In this document: positions 47,762-57,071 of the stretch, in pieces | Layout of the letters: each line of letters opens with the position of its first letter | Numbering within the stretch: the first letter of the stretch is position 1 | From: Candidatus Heimdallarchaeota archaeon | Lineage (GTDB): Archaea; Asgardarchaeota; Heimdallarchaeia; Hodarchaeales; Hodarchaeaceae | DNA: 64,000 nucleotides | NCBI GenBank assembly: GCA_011364965.1 | Contig: RDOB01000003.1 | Location: 336,276-400,275 of the forward strand | Direction: 5' to 3' | Made by a program: the position numbers and the translations under genes | The notes under the pieces: generated by a model | Seen by the model: the letters and a program-made list of their open reading frames with translations, nothing else | Told to the model about the DNA's origin: nothing | Database searches by the model: none

Positions 47762-48484
47762 ATGAAGAATATTCCTGAAATCGAAGAAATAATAGAAGAG
47801 CTACTGATGGATCAAAATATAGAACAATGTATTGTATCTACCATTGATGGGTCTCCAATCTTTGGAAAATCGAAAAAAAAAGATATTTCTGACGAAATCT
47901 ATGTTCTCCCAGCTGCAGTTTCATCAGCTCTTGCTATCTCCCAAGGATTTTTGGACTCTACTCTGAAAGATCAAGTCCATGAATATATCGTATTCCAAGA
48001 ACGATCTATTTTAATTGCCTCTCGTGCCAGCGATACAATACTTATCACTACAATTTGTATTCCCAAATCCTCCTTTGAAAAACGGCCCGAAATTGACGCA
48101 TTGGTAAAACGAATTCAAGAAATAGCAGCAAAAATTAATGCTATTGTGAAAACTCTTGACATTGAAGACAGTATCATTGAAAAAATTCAACGAGCTATCC
48201 CTGAAGCAAAAGCAATCATGCTTCTTTCAAGTGCAGGAATTCCCATCACTGAATTATTATCTAATCTTAATGTAGACACTGCACAACTTGCAGCAGTTTC
48301 ATCTGCTTTAAGTCTCCCCACTCGTGTCCTAGGAGGAGAATCAAAGAGCATAGCGGTCACAGGAGAAAAGAATTTGATATTACTCTATTCTTTAGATCAG
48401 GAAAGAATTCTTATGGTTGCTTTGAAACCAAAACATAGTGTAGAATCCTATCTGACCATAATTTCACGCACAGTTTCGCATTAA
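47762..48484 (+). CDS. Tandem Roadblock/LC7 (MglB-like) domain protein
   Basis: Two consecutive ~100-aa units, each with the Roadblock pattern (..IEQCIVSTIDGSPIFG..AAVSSALA..ILIASRASDTILITT and ..AKAIMLLSSAGIPIT..AAVSSALS..LILLYSLDQERILMV). Confidence 0.65.
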   Translation: MKNIPEIEEIIEELLMDQNIEQCIVSTIDGSPIFGKSKKKDISDEIYVLPAAVSSALAISQGFLDSTLKDQVHEYIVFQERSILIASRASDTILITTICIPKSSFEKRPEIDALVKRIQEIAAKINAIVKTLDIEDSIIEKIQRAIPEAKAIMLLSSAGIPITELLSNLNVDTAQLAAVSSALSLPTRVLGGESKSIAVTGEKNLILLYSLDQERILMVALKPKHSVESYLTIISRTVSH

Positions 48485-48681
48485 TTGTTAAAATATCAAT
48501 TCTTGGATCCTTAAACCAATGAATTAATATTAATGTGAAATTTACTATAAACAAAATTTTCAGAATAAATATTATAAAGTTAGTAAAATGTGATAAAACA
48601 ATACTCAAACGAGAACATTATCTTTCCTTGGATTGGATTTTCATGTTCTTAATTTTTAATTGCTTATGTTAATTTAAAAAA

Positions 48682-49392
48682 GTGAAGGAATGTAAGATGG
48701 ATCTCAAACAAGCCTTAAAGGAAGCTAAGACACTTATAGTCGAAAAAAAAGTTAATAAGGCCGGAGAACTATTAGAAGATGCTTTGAATTTACTCCAAAC
48801 ACAGCCTCCTGAAGATATTTCTCAAGAAGAACGACTTTTGCTAGAAGGAGAAATTCAAGAAAGTCTCGGGGATGTTAAAATTCTTCAGCAAAAAGATCAG
48901 GAAGCATTAAGTCATCTCCTAATGGCGATGACTCAACTTCAAACATATTCAGAAATGGGCCAAGCTTCAGCTGATGATATTCTCTTCCGAGTATACAGGA
49001 AATTATCTGGTTGTTTTGATCGATTAGGACAACAATTCGAAAGTGAAAAATATTTAAGAAAAGCAGGTGAAATCAAGGCAAATATTCTTAAAGTAGAACT
49101 TTATAAACGCCTACGAGGATCTGGATATAAAATTACAGAAAATGTACGTGCTGTGGAAACCGAAGCATCTCCAGTTGACATCATGGCAGAAAAAGGGGGA
49201 TTATTCAAGAAGTCTAGACTTGCAATTTGGTTTGCAATGGATGAATCTGAAGTAGATACAATATCCTATCTAACAAAAGGGTATGCAAATTATGCGAAAA
49301 AACGGTATATTTTACTGCTTATGGGAACTCCAACGATTCCATCTCTTCAAGGTGCAAGGATTATTAATTCAATTGATGAAGTGAAATTCTAG
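48682..49392 (+). CDS. TPR-like N-terminal domain plus C-terminal alpha/beta domain (possible degenerate restriction-endonuclease fold), hypothetical
   Basis: Helical-repeat N-terminal half. The C-terminal half has GYKITEN..VDIMAEKGG..SRLAIWFA, loosely Mrr-like. GTG start; ATG 48697 is an alternative. Confidence 0.4.
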   Translation: MKECKMDLKQALKEAKTLIVEKKVNKAGELLEDALNLLQTQPPEDISQEERLLLEGEIQESLGDVKILQQKDQEALSHLLMAMTQLQTYSEMGQASADDILFRVYRKLSGCFDRLGQQFESEKYLRKAGEIKANILKVELYKRLRGSGYKITENVRAVETEASPVDIMAEKGGLFKKSRLAIWFAMDESEVDTISYLTKGYANYAKKRYILLLMGTPTIPSLQGARIINSIDEVKF

Positions 49393-49480
49393 TTTCGATC
49401 TGTCTCCTCAATTTTTTTAACCGAAAGGAGAAAAAAATTAGGATTTGAAACAAAAAAAGGGAGAAATAGAAAGAAATAGA

Positions 49481-50044
49481 CTACTTTGATTGCTGAGCTT
49501 CAACATAATCTAGATAAACATTCCCGAGCATATCAAAAGCAGCGGAAACATTCAATCCTGTTTTGGCGGAAGTAGGCATATATTTAACTGGAAAACCCGA
49601 ATCCTCTGATTTTCTAGTTAGATTATCAGCAAATTCTTCTGCTTGGGCATCAGTAATATGGTTGGGGAATTGCTCACGCAAATCTACCTTGTTCCCAAGA
49701 AGAACAACTGGAATCATACCCTTACCATTATTCTTCCAGATTTCTTCAAGCCAATTCTCCAAATTGGTAAAAGTATCGGGACGAGTAACGTCGAAAAGCA
49801 GCAAAGCCCCCAAACACCCGTAGTAATAAACTGAGCGGACAGTTCCAAATCGTGGTTGACCCGCTAGATCCCAGATTTGAAACTTAATACTCTTTTCACG
49901 GATGGTGGCCTCTTTAAGAGCAAAATCTGCTCCAATAGTCATCATATAATTGCTACTAAAGCCTTTGCCAAGATAACGCTCTCGCAGGGCGGTTTTTCCA
50001 ACAGCACCGTCTCCAGCGAGTACTATTTTCATCAAGAAACTCAT
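49481..50044 (-). CDS. Rab/Ras-like small GTPase
   Basis: G1 GDGAVGKT, switch I TIGADF (RabF1-like), G3 WDLAGQPRF, G4 GNKVD, G5 TSAK, and a Rab-like RSVYYYGCLGALLLFD. Confidence 0.85.
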   Translation of the reverse strand: MSFLMKIVLAGDGAVGKTALRERYLGKGFSSNYMMTIGADFALKEATIREKSIKFQIWDLAGQPRFGTVRSVYYYGCLGALLLFDVTRPDTFTNLENWLEEIWKNNGKGMIPVVLLGNKVDLREQFPNHITDAQAEEFADNLTRKSEDSGFPVKYMPTSAKTGLNVSAAFDMLGNVYLDYVEAQQSK

Positions 50045-50054
50045 TTCTCAACCT

Positions 50055-50078
50055 CTTACTGATTCACTTACTGATTCT
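50055..50078 (-). repeat. Two tandem copies of a 12-nt unit directly upstream of the GTPase start
   Basis: The minus strand reads AGAATCAGTAAG TGAATCAGTAAG AGGTTGAGAA ATG. The 11-nt core GAATCAGTAAG is identical in both copies. Confidence 0.6.
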
Positions 50079-50411
50079 GGACAGAAAATTCCTTTTTTTA
50101 TGATTTTGATGTATGAAAGCTAATTAAGTGTTGTTGTTTTGTTTTGGTTTTAAAATGTTCTCTTTACCAATTCACTTTAAATATTTCTTTCTGTCAGGGA
50201 AAGAGTACACAAACTATAGATTACGATTCTCTCATTAGTTCTTCCTAATAAATGTAGCTCTTCTTAATATTATGAACTAGCTTTTCACAAATCGATCATC
50301 TAATTTTTGGTTTGTATTAAAGATCGCTTTAGAAATTACCATACAAGAATATAAATTCCAATTTTTACATTATAAAGTATTTAATCATGTTAAGTAACTG
50401 TATGTTGATAA

Positions 50412-51326
50412 TTATATCCTTTTATATTGATAGAGGGAATTCTCTTCCCATAATTCAATTTGAATTCTACGCCACCTTGTTAATATTCTCCCTTGTCGGC
50501 GAGCTATTTCTGCACCCATCCAGATCCACTTCGGGGTAAGAAGAATGATTCTCTCTACGCTCATAAATTCTAGCGGAGGCAAACTGAGCAATTCATTTAA
50601 AATAGAGTTAACAATTTGTTCATCAACACGATTTTCTTGACATACAAACCAAACGAGGCCTCCTGTTTCCTTATCTATTCCAATAAGGTCAACTGTTCCC
50701 GCGATTGTATCGGATATAATACTTGATAATTGTTCGCATCCAAATACTTCTGCTTTTGTAAGTGTACGCACAATTAAATCCACACGACGATTTTCAGACC
50801 TTGTTATCAAGGAATTATGTATTGATCGAATAATTCCAGGTTTTTTCGCAAAGATATCCCAAAGCAGCTCTTTTTTCTCCAGTCTTTTTTCCCCTGGTAA
50901 TATCTGAAGGTCTGAGTGGAACATTAAATCGATTATATGAGGTACATCTAACTCCTCATATGTGATTAAATCAGTTACAAAATCCCGCGAAAGCATAACT
51001 ATTCCTGTTGAATAAAACCAGGTTCGTTTTATCTGTTCAACAGGCCGTTTACTGACTTTTGTACGACTTAAGCGCAAACTAAAAGCCAAACCCATCTGTT
51101 GAGCCCTCTCAACAGTCATCTCAGTTATTGTACTATTACAAGCAGGACAGGTAAATTCAGAACGGTCTCTTCCAAGTACATCTTTGCAAAAATACTTTTG
51201 TTGACAACTCCTACAATAATAAACAAGATCTTTTCCTTGAGATTTGATATCTTTTTCTCGTTGATGCTTGCATAGACGACAAGGGCCGTCACAAACAATT
51301 TTAGTCTCATATTCTGAACTGGACAT
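50412..51326 (-). CDS. Zinc-ribbon protein with C-terminal NucS/PD-(D/E)XK-like domain, hypothetical
   Basis: N-terminus has CDGPCRLCKH..YYCRSCQQKYFC..FTCPACNS. C-terminus has VDLIGIDKETGGLVWFVCQEN..ERIILLTPKW, resembling the iDllavD..g.lvviElK strand pair but with ELK replaced by CQE. Confidence 0.4.
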   Translation of the reverse strand: MSSSEYETKIVCDGPCRLCKHQREKDIKSQGKDLVYYCRSCQQKYFCKDVLGRDRSEFTCPACNSTITEMTVERAQQMGLAFSLRLSRTKVSKRPVEQIKRTWFYSTGIVMLSRDFVTDLITYEELDVPHIIDLMFHSDLQILPGEKRLEKKELLWDIFAKKPGIIRSIHNSLITRSENRRVDLIVRTLTKAEVFGCEQLSSIISDTIAGTVDLIGIDKETGGLVWFVCQENRVDEQIVNSILNELLSLPPLEFMSVERIILLTPKWIWMGAEIARRQGRILTRWRRIQIELWEENSLYQYKRI

Positions 51327-51451
51327 GAGAGTTCACACCTCAAATGAATGATTTGCTTTTTATTGTTTTGCTTTCAATAATATAAATTTCAAAAAAAATT
51401 GGGGTGCTTATAAGGAAAGAGGGAGAGTCAGAATGCTGAAAGTGAAGAGTT

Positions 51452-52048
51452 ATGAGTTCAACAAAAAAAACGACAATTCAACAATCAATTCACGATTATC
51501 TCAGTTTAACCGACAGATCTTGGGTAGTGGAGTTCGAGGTATTTGATTTTGGGGCATCCTTAACTTCCTGTCTCGAACTCCCTCCACTGATCTATGCTAT
51601 GAACCCTAAAGCTCACTTTTGGGCTTTCATGCACGTTTTTTTGCAAACTTGTGAAATCAGCTTTATTGAACGTAGAAGTTTATCTGAAAATCATGTTGAG
51701 ATGGCTTTAGTAGGATTATGGAATTTTAATCTTGTAGCTATCCCATTGTGGATTCTACATAAAAGACTACTTGGTTTTGAAGTAGTCCAAAGTCGAGAAT
51801 TTGAAATCATTGATTCAATACCACTTAAATGGTCAAGAACTATTCATCAGCTCGACTTTGAGCCGATTCAGCCAATGGAACACCTTGAATACATTTTTGA
51901 AAATGATATTTATATCAACAATAGACTCTATTTACGAGTTGATAATAAGAGAATATTTATTTCAGAGGAAATTGATGAACAAGAATTCTTCGAACGTATT
52001 GCTAAAACAGACATTCCTGAACTTGATGACTTCTATGAGCGACAATAA
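51452..52048 (+). CDS. Hypothetical protein
   Basis: A 198-aa ORF with a coding-like composition. No motif recognised. Confidence 0.35.
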   Translation: MSSTKKTTIQQSIHDYLSLTDRSWVVEFEVFDFGASLTSCLELPPLIYAMNPKAHFWAFMHVFLQTCEISFIERRSLSENHVEMALVGLWNFNLVAIPLWILHKRLLGFEVVQSREFEIIDSIPLKWSRTIHQLDFEPIQPMEHLEYIFENDIYINNRLYLRVDNKRIFISEEIDEQEFFERIAKTDIPELDDFYERQ

Positions 52049-52323
52049 GTGATTTGAAAGTCAAGAAATTCTCTTTCGTTTATATTTGACCAAATTTCTT
52101 TTGTGTCTACAATTTGGGAATGTGGAGAACCTATATTTCGAGCCCAATTAGCTAGTTTTTTCAAATCGACCTCTAAACCCTCAGCAACAATTTTTACAGC
52201 TCCATTTGGCAAATTGCATACATAGCCGGTTATTTCATGAAGCGTTCTAACGAAATCACGAGTATAAACACGAAAAAATACACCTTGAACCCGACCCGTA
52301 ACGATAATTGTAACCCGTTTCAT
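52033..52323 (-). CDS. acyP: Acylphosphatase
   Basis: VTGRVQGVFFRVYTRD signature and a ~95 aa length. Confidence 0.85.
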   Translation of the reverse strand: MKRVTIIVTGRVQGVFFRVYTRDFVRTLHEITGYVCNLPNGAVKIVAEGLEVDLKKLANWARNIGSPHSQIVDTKEIWSNINEREFLDFQITYCRS

Positions 52324-52373
52324 TTCCTAAAACCAAACACCAACTCTTTATTAAATAAAGGAAAAAAACAAGT

Positions 52374-53513
52374 TCAATCTGCACGATCTCCCGTTATAAA
52401 CTCCTCGAAGCGTTTCACGGCATCCTGTTCACCAACGTGAACTGGAGGATATTTAAAACCGTAAGCAGAAACGGATAACAATGGACCATCAATACCTCGA
52501 TTCAATGCAAGTTTAGTTGCGCGAATAACGTTTACAAGGGTACCAGCAGCGTTTGGACCGTCAGTGGTTTTGACTGTAATGTCAATTTTAAACGGGGTAT
52601 TCAGAAAATAATTTCCATAAATCCAAAAGTACCCAGTTCGTTCATTTCCCAAAAAATCTAAATAGTCTGTTGTTCCTGACGCAATATCGTTGTCTGTTAA
52701 ATATGGAAGAGTTCTTTTAATACTATCAGTTTTTATTTGGCGTTTTTCCATTCTTCGCTCCGTATAAAGGGTGTTCATTCCTTCACTTCCTCCTGAAACG
52801 TCTAATTGATAAGTATTTTTGATATGCGCACCGAAAGAGTTTAGAATTTCAAGTATTCCTTTATGAAGTCTTGTTCCTCCTAATTGCGATTGCAAATCAT
52901 CCCCTACGACTGGTAGATTGGCTTTCTTAAATTTTCGAACCCATTTATCATCTGAGCAGATTCTTGTAGGGGCTGCTTCTATAAAAGCTAAATCGGCCTT
53001 GATTGCAGCATCCGCATACACATAAGTAGCCTCTTTCGCTCCTGAAGGAAGAAGAGAAATCACCATATCTGCATCTACTTCTTTAAATTCTTTTACTAGA
53101 TCAACTTCAGGATTTGAACTAATTTGAACTGTTTCAGCAAGAAGTGGGGAAATTCCATCTTTCACTGGGCCTTTCTTAACTTTTATGCCCAGAGGTTTAT
53201 TATATTCAATTATTCGGGGTGCGATATTTGGTTCTGCAAAGATCGCTTCAGCTAGATCTTTTCCGACCTTTCCTTCGACAACATCAAAACAGCTGACTAT
53301 TTCAATGTCATTGATTCTTAAACCACCTATTGTTTCATAATTAACGCCAGATGCTCCATCTGTAGCGTGTACAGAATAGTATCTGAGTGCTTGAACAAGT
53401 GATGATGCTGCATTTCCCACACCTACTAAAATTACTCGCGCTTTGGCCACTGTTTTAACAACCCTACATTTCTGAGGTGATTTATCACATCGGATGCAAT
53501 TTGGGATGTACAT
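52374..53513 (-). CDS. ino1: myo-Inositol-1-phosphate synthase (Ino1 type)
   Basis: RVILVGVGNAASSLVQALRYY matches the bacterial/archaeal Ino1 N-terminal NAD-binding motif (VAIVGVGNCASSLVQG.EYY). Length ~370 aa. The short Cys-containing N-terminal extension may be mis-started. Confidence 0.8.
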   Translation of the reverse strand: MYIPNCIRCDKSPQKCRVVKTVAKARVILVGVGNAASSLVQALRYYSVHATDGASGVNYETIGGLRINDIEIVSCFDVVEGKVGKDLAEAIFAEPNIAPRIIEYNKPLGIKVKKGPVKDGISPLLAETVQISSNPEVDLVKEFKEVDADMVISLLPSGAKEATYVYADAAIKADLAFIEAAPTRICSDDKWVRKFKKANLPVVGDDLQSQLGGTRLHKGILEILNSFGAHIKNTYQLDVSGGSEGMNTLYTERRMEKRQIKTDSIKRTLPYLTDNDIASGTTDYLDFLGNERTGYFWIYGNYFLNTPFKIDITVKTTDGPNAAGTLVNVIRATKLALNRGIDGPLLSVSAYGFKYPPVHVGEQDAVKRFEEFITGDRAD

Positions 53514-53647
53514 AAGAACTTTGTTACCCAGATTATTATGCGGATAAAAATATTGGAATGTGTTTAAAAAATGTAATTAGGTAAGAATTATTAGATAGCT
53601 TATTACATGTTTATTATAGATCTGTTACTCTGAGGACGGATAAAACT

Positions 53648-54364
53648 TTGGTTAAACTCTTTAGAAAGAAAAGTCAAGAAGAAAAAAAGGATTTGAAATT
53701 TGAGGCATCGCTAAAATTAAAATCTCTTTCCCTAGAAGAATATACCCATGTTGCGTATGCCTTTCAGGTTTCTCTTTTGCGTTTCGAACGGATGCTAAAA
53801 GAAAGTCTTCTTGAAGGATATATTACATCTACAACTCTTGAGAAAATATCTCAAGAATTTAATTTTCTAGCAATTCGAAATTTAGAGATTCCCCAGGTGG
53901 AATCTTTAGCAACGATTTTTGGGGTAGAAGCAAAACCTGACGCAAAAACTCCAAAGTTAATGCCAAAAGAAACTCAATCCACGTCCATTCCAGAACCAGT
54001 TGAAGTGATTGAACCTGAAGTCCCCTCAGAACATCCCATTCCCTCATTGAAACCTCAGCCAACGCCTGTATCTCAACCTCTAAAAAAACCATCATTTACA
54101 TTTTCCGTACCCGAACCGGTATTAGAACCCACAGTTCAATCAACCACTCCTTCTTTAGAAAAACCATCTCCCAAACCTGCAAAACCTGTAGCTCCTCCAA
54201 TACCCAAAATCTCGTTTCCTACAATAGCGACATCATCCGATCCCCTTGGTCAGGTTCGTGCGCGGCGTGAGGAGGATCGAGCAACTGGAATTGCTATCCT
54301 TCGTAAACAAATGCTTACGGAACTTAAAAAAATTCGAACTGTTGTTTCTGAAGATCAACAATAA
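53648..54364 (+). CDS. Pro/Ser/Thr-rich low-complexity protein with structured N-terminal domain and C-terminal amphipathic helix, hypothetical
   Basis: A central ~100 aa of PxP-type repeats (PEPVEVIEPEVPSEHPIPSLKPQPTPVSQP...). C-terminal RATGIAILRKQMLTELKKIR. TTG start. Confidence 0.4.
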   Translation: MVKLFRKKSQEEKKDLKFEASLKLKSLSLEEYTHVAYAFQVSLLRFERMLKESLLEGYITSTTLEKISQEFNFLAIRNLEIPQVESLATIFGVEAKPDAKTPKLMPKETQSTSIPEPVEVIEPEVPSEHPIPSLKPQPTPVSQPLKKPSFTFSVPEPVLEPTVQSTTPSLEKPSPKPAKPVAPPIPKISFPTIATSSDPLGQVRARREEDRATGIAILRKQMLTELKKIRTVVSEDQQ

Positions 54365-54405
54365 CGAAAAAATTTGTAGATCTTTAAGATTGATTGGAAT
54401 TTATC

Positions 54406-57027
54406 TCAATTTGTTAATTCCTTCTCTTGATTTACAAAGAAGGCTGTTAGAGGAATTGTAAAAGCCCGATTAATCACTAATTTTTCAGACAGAGAGATGC
54501 CAAATCGATTGCTTGCTCCTAAAATTTCACGAATATAATGGATACGGTCAATTTGATGGTTTTGGTTTTTAAAGTATTCAGGATGAAAAGCTCGTTGGTA
54601 CTGAGGTTGATTCTTTGAACCTGAAGCAATAATATATGGAAAACCATCCCAATTCGTCCATTCAGTATCGGGTTCTAGATTATTTTCCTGACAATAATGG
54701 AGAAAAGCACCAACAGCTGGAGTTTTAGATTTGTATTTCTGCGGAGAACGTCGAAGTGGGCCACGGATAGTCAATAAGGTGATTAATTCATCTATTGGAG
54801 CTTTCAAAATCCTAAAACAGACATCAAGGATAAAATTCTCCGCCTTTTCAATTCTTTTTGGGGAAAAATCAGTTAAAAGCCTTTCCAAAAGGGACCGTTG
54901 CGTTTTTCGCGCTAAGGGAGACCAATCAGATCGAACAGCTTCAAAACCCCTAATTATAACTGTGTTTGTAAGTAAAGAGAGATATGAATATGCTTTCTTT
55001 CGCCCTCTCTTAAGAATTATTCTAAGTGCGATATCTTCCAGTTGTAATTCAAGATATTCTGGGAGTTTCTTGGAAAGGAAATCTTGATAATCAGAGATAT
55101 TCTTCAAAAGCTTATTCAATGCTTGATCACGTACATCTGGATTTATTGTGTTTAAAAAATCTGTAGGTTGGTGATTTATAATAAATTCTACAAAGATTGA
55201 ATCAGTATCGCCATACTGAAGTTTAACATCATAAGGATGCTTCTCAGAGAATTCTGCGGTCCAATATCGAAGTTTTTTACTCAAAAGTTCTCTAGCTATA
55301 CCAGTGATACTATTAGAAAGCAAATGATGATAAAATCGTCCACGAGGATAGTTTGAAGCTCCAAGTAAGGAATTAGCCATTAATTTCAGTGAATGTTGTT
55401 TTTTCTGAAGAATTTTAAGATCATTTTCATCTTTATTCTCTTTATTATCCTTTATTCTATTTAATATTTGGTACCGCTCATTTAATACTCTTGTCATTAA
55501 CTCCGTCAGGGCACCAAGGCTATCAGAACGGAATCTTTGATCAGGGGGGAGGTCAGCCGAGTCAGGAATTAAGGTTTCCCCAGATATGTTATGTGTCCGT
55601 ACTATATTAGGATATAGAGAACGAAAATCTAGAATGGCCACAAAAAGGGCCTCATCGACTATAGGATCTATAACCCACCCACCTAAATGTGGATATTTCC
55701 GCTTTAGTTCATTACGTTTCTTAATTTCCTCTTGGGTGGGTTTTGAAGGAATTAAAATCCCTCTATTAACCAAAATTCGCATTAGTTCGTATTCACCGAT
55801 ATTACGACTAGTACTAAGAATACCTTCGGGTAAAGGGTATCCTGATAATCGGCATAATTCGAGATTATCTGAAACACCCAGTTCTGTTGCCAATCGGAAT
55901 GTTAAAAGAGAATCCTGTAAAGAATATTCTCTAAAGGTAATTCGATCATTAATATTTCCTGAAATTCCGCTCCTAAATAGCTCTCCAAGAGATTTCTCAA
56001 GTGGAATTTTTTTCTCTCCTAGCACTTGCTCTGCTATTGAATCAAGGTTTTTTTTCCCACTAATATGATGAATACCCCAAGTTCGTGGCATAAGGTCAAC
56101 CACTGCCACCCCTTTAAGTCTATAACTCTCAACTGGAATATTTGATTTAATAATTTTATTTTGAAGCCCTCTAAAAATAGCTAATTCTCCCAAGGTTCTT
56201 CCATATCGCAATAAACGCGCCTCTAAATATGGAATATCGAAAAAAGTACCGTTGAACGAAATTATTATGTCTGGCCAAATATTTCTCACTTTATTTATGA
56301 AATCTGTCAATAAAAACTTTTCTGCTTCATCAGTATCTTCATCTAGAATAAGAACCTCGGATTTAGGGGTCTTGGTTGAAATTTTACCCCACGCAAAAGA
56401 AATAGCAGAGATTCTACGCAGTTTTGCTTTAAGCATTTCTTGAATAGTTTCTCCATGTTCATTGACTTCAATATCAAAGGCCAAAACTAGTGGCTGATAT
56501 ATTTCAGTTGAATTCTGAACTAAGGAAATCCTTTCATGTGGGCATTTGAGTTTCAAGCTATTATCATCTTCAAACAGAATATCTCCCTCTACCATTACTG
56601 AAGTTAATGCTCGAAGTCCTTTATCTAATAGAAAACGTCTAGTAAACGGAATATCAGCCTCATGAACAGGCATATTTTCTTTTATAAACAAATTTTTAAT
56701 GCTAGGAACTTGATAGGGAACTCTACCAATTAATTTCACTAAGTTTTTTGGTATATCACCAAAATACTCTCGTTTCTTACATTCTTCTTCTGAGATCAAC
56801 CATTCCTTTATTACTGGGTTATCTCGATTAATCACTTCATTTACTTGTTTAAAAGTTCCTTCAACATAGAAATATGGTAAAAAATCGTTAACTTGCACTT
56901 CCACCCTCCTTGACTCGTTTCGCCCCCACAAGCGCAAAGAAGGACTCATAATCCCTTCTTCATCATACAACATTTCATAATCTGCGTCCAGAAGGACAAA
57001 TATGCGCCGCCTATTCATTATTCTCAC
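54406..57027 (-). CDS. polB: Family B DNA polymerase
   Basis: Exo I FDIEV, Exo II FNGTFFDIPYL, Exo III YSLQDSLL, Pol A DFRSLYPNIV, Pol B KLMANSLLGAS, and Pol C YGDTDSIFV. The motifs are contiguous, with no intein. Confidence 0.9.
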   Translation of the reverse strand: MRIMNRRRIFVLLDADYEMLYDEEGIMSPSLRLWGRNESRRVEVQVNDFLPYFYVEGTFKQVNEVINRDNPVIKEWLISEEECKKREYFGDIPKNLVKLIGRVPYQVPSIKNLFIKENMPVHEADIPFTRRFLLDKGLRALTSVMVEGDILFEDDNSLKLKCPHERISLVQNSTEIYQPLVLAFDIEVNEHGETIQEMLKAKLRRISAISFAWGKISTKTPKSEVLILDEDTDEAEKFLLTDFINKVRNIWPDIIISFNGTFFDIPYLEARLLRYGRTLGELAIFRGLQNKIIKSNIPVESYRLKGVAVVDLMPRTWGIHHISGKKNLDSIAEQVLGEKKIPLEKSLGELFRSGISGNINDRITFREYSLQDSLLTFRLATELGVSDNLELCRLSGYPLPEGILSTSRNIGEYELMRILVNRGILIPSKPTQEEIKKRNELKRKYPHLGGWVIDPIVDEALFVAILDFRSLYPNIVRTHNISGETLIPDSADLPPDQRFRSDSLGALTELMTRVLNERYQILNRIKDNKENKDENDLKILQKKQHSLKLMANSLLGASNYPRGRFYHHLLSNSITGIARELLSKKLRYWTAEFSEKHPYDVKLQYGDTDSIFVEFIINHQPTDFLNTINPDVRDQALNKLLKNISDYQDFLSKKLPEYLELQLEDIALRIILKRGRKKAYSYLSLLTNTVIIRGFEAVRSDWSPLARKTQRSLLERLLTDFSPKRIEKAENFILDVCFRILKAPIDELITLLTIRGPLRRSPQKYKSKTPAVGAFLHYCQENNLEPDTEWTNWDGFPYIIASGSKNQPQYQRAFHPEYFKNQNHQIDRIHYIREILGASNRFGISLSEKLVINRAFTIPLTAFFVNQEKELTN

Positions 57028-57071
57028 ATGAACAGCGTTAAAACACGATTAAATCCACAAATAGTGTGGTA

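Noticed and set aside
50055-50078. CRISPR-like or minisatellite array.
   Set aside because: There are only two 12-nt units with no spacers. No other regularly spaced direct repeats were seen in the window.
54406-57027. Intein insertions in PolB (and in RadA at 3495-4502), which are common in archaea.
   Set aside because: All polymerase and recombinase motifs are contiguous at normal spacing, and the protein lengths are standard.
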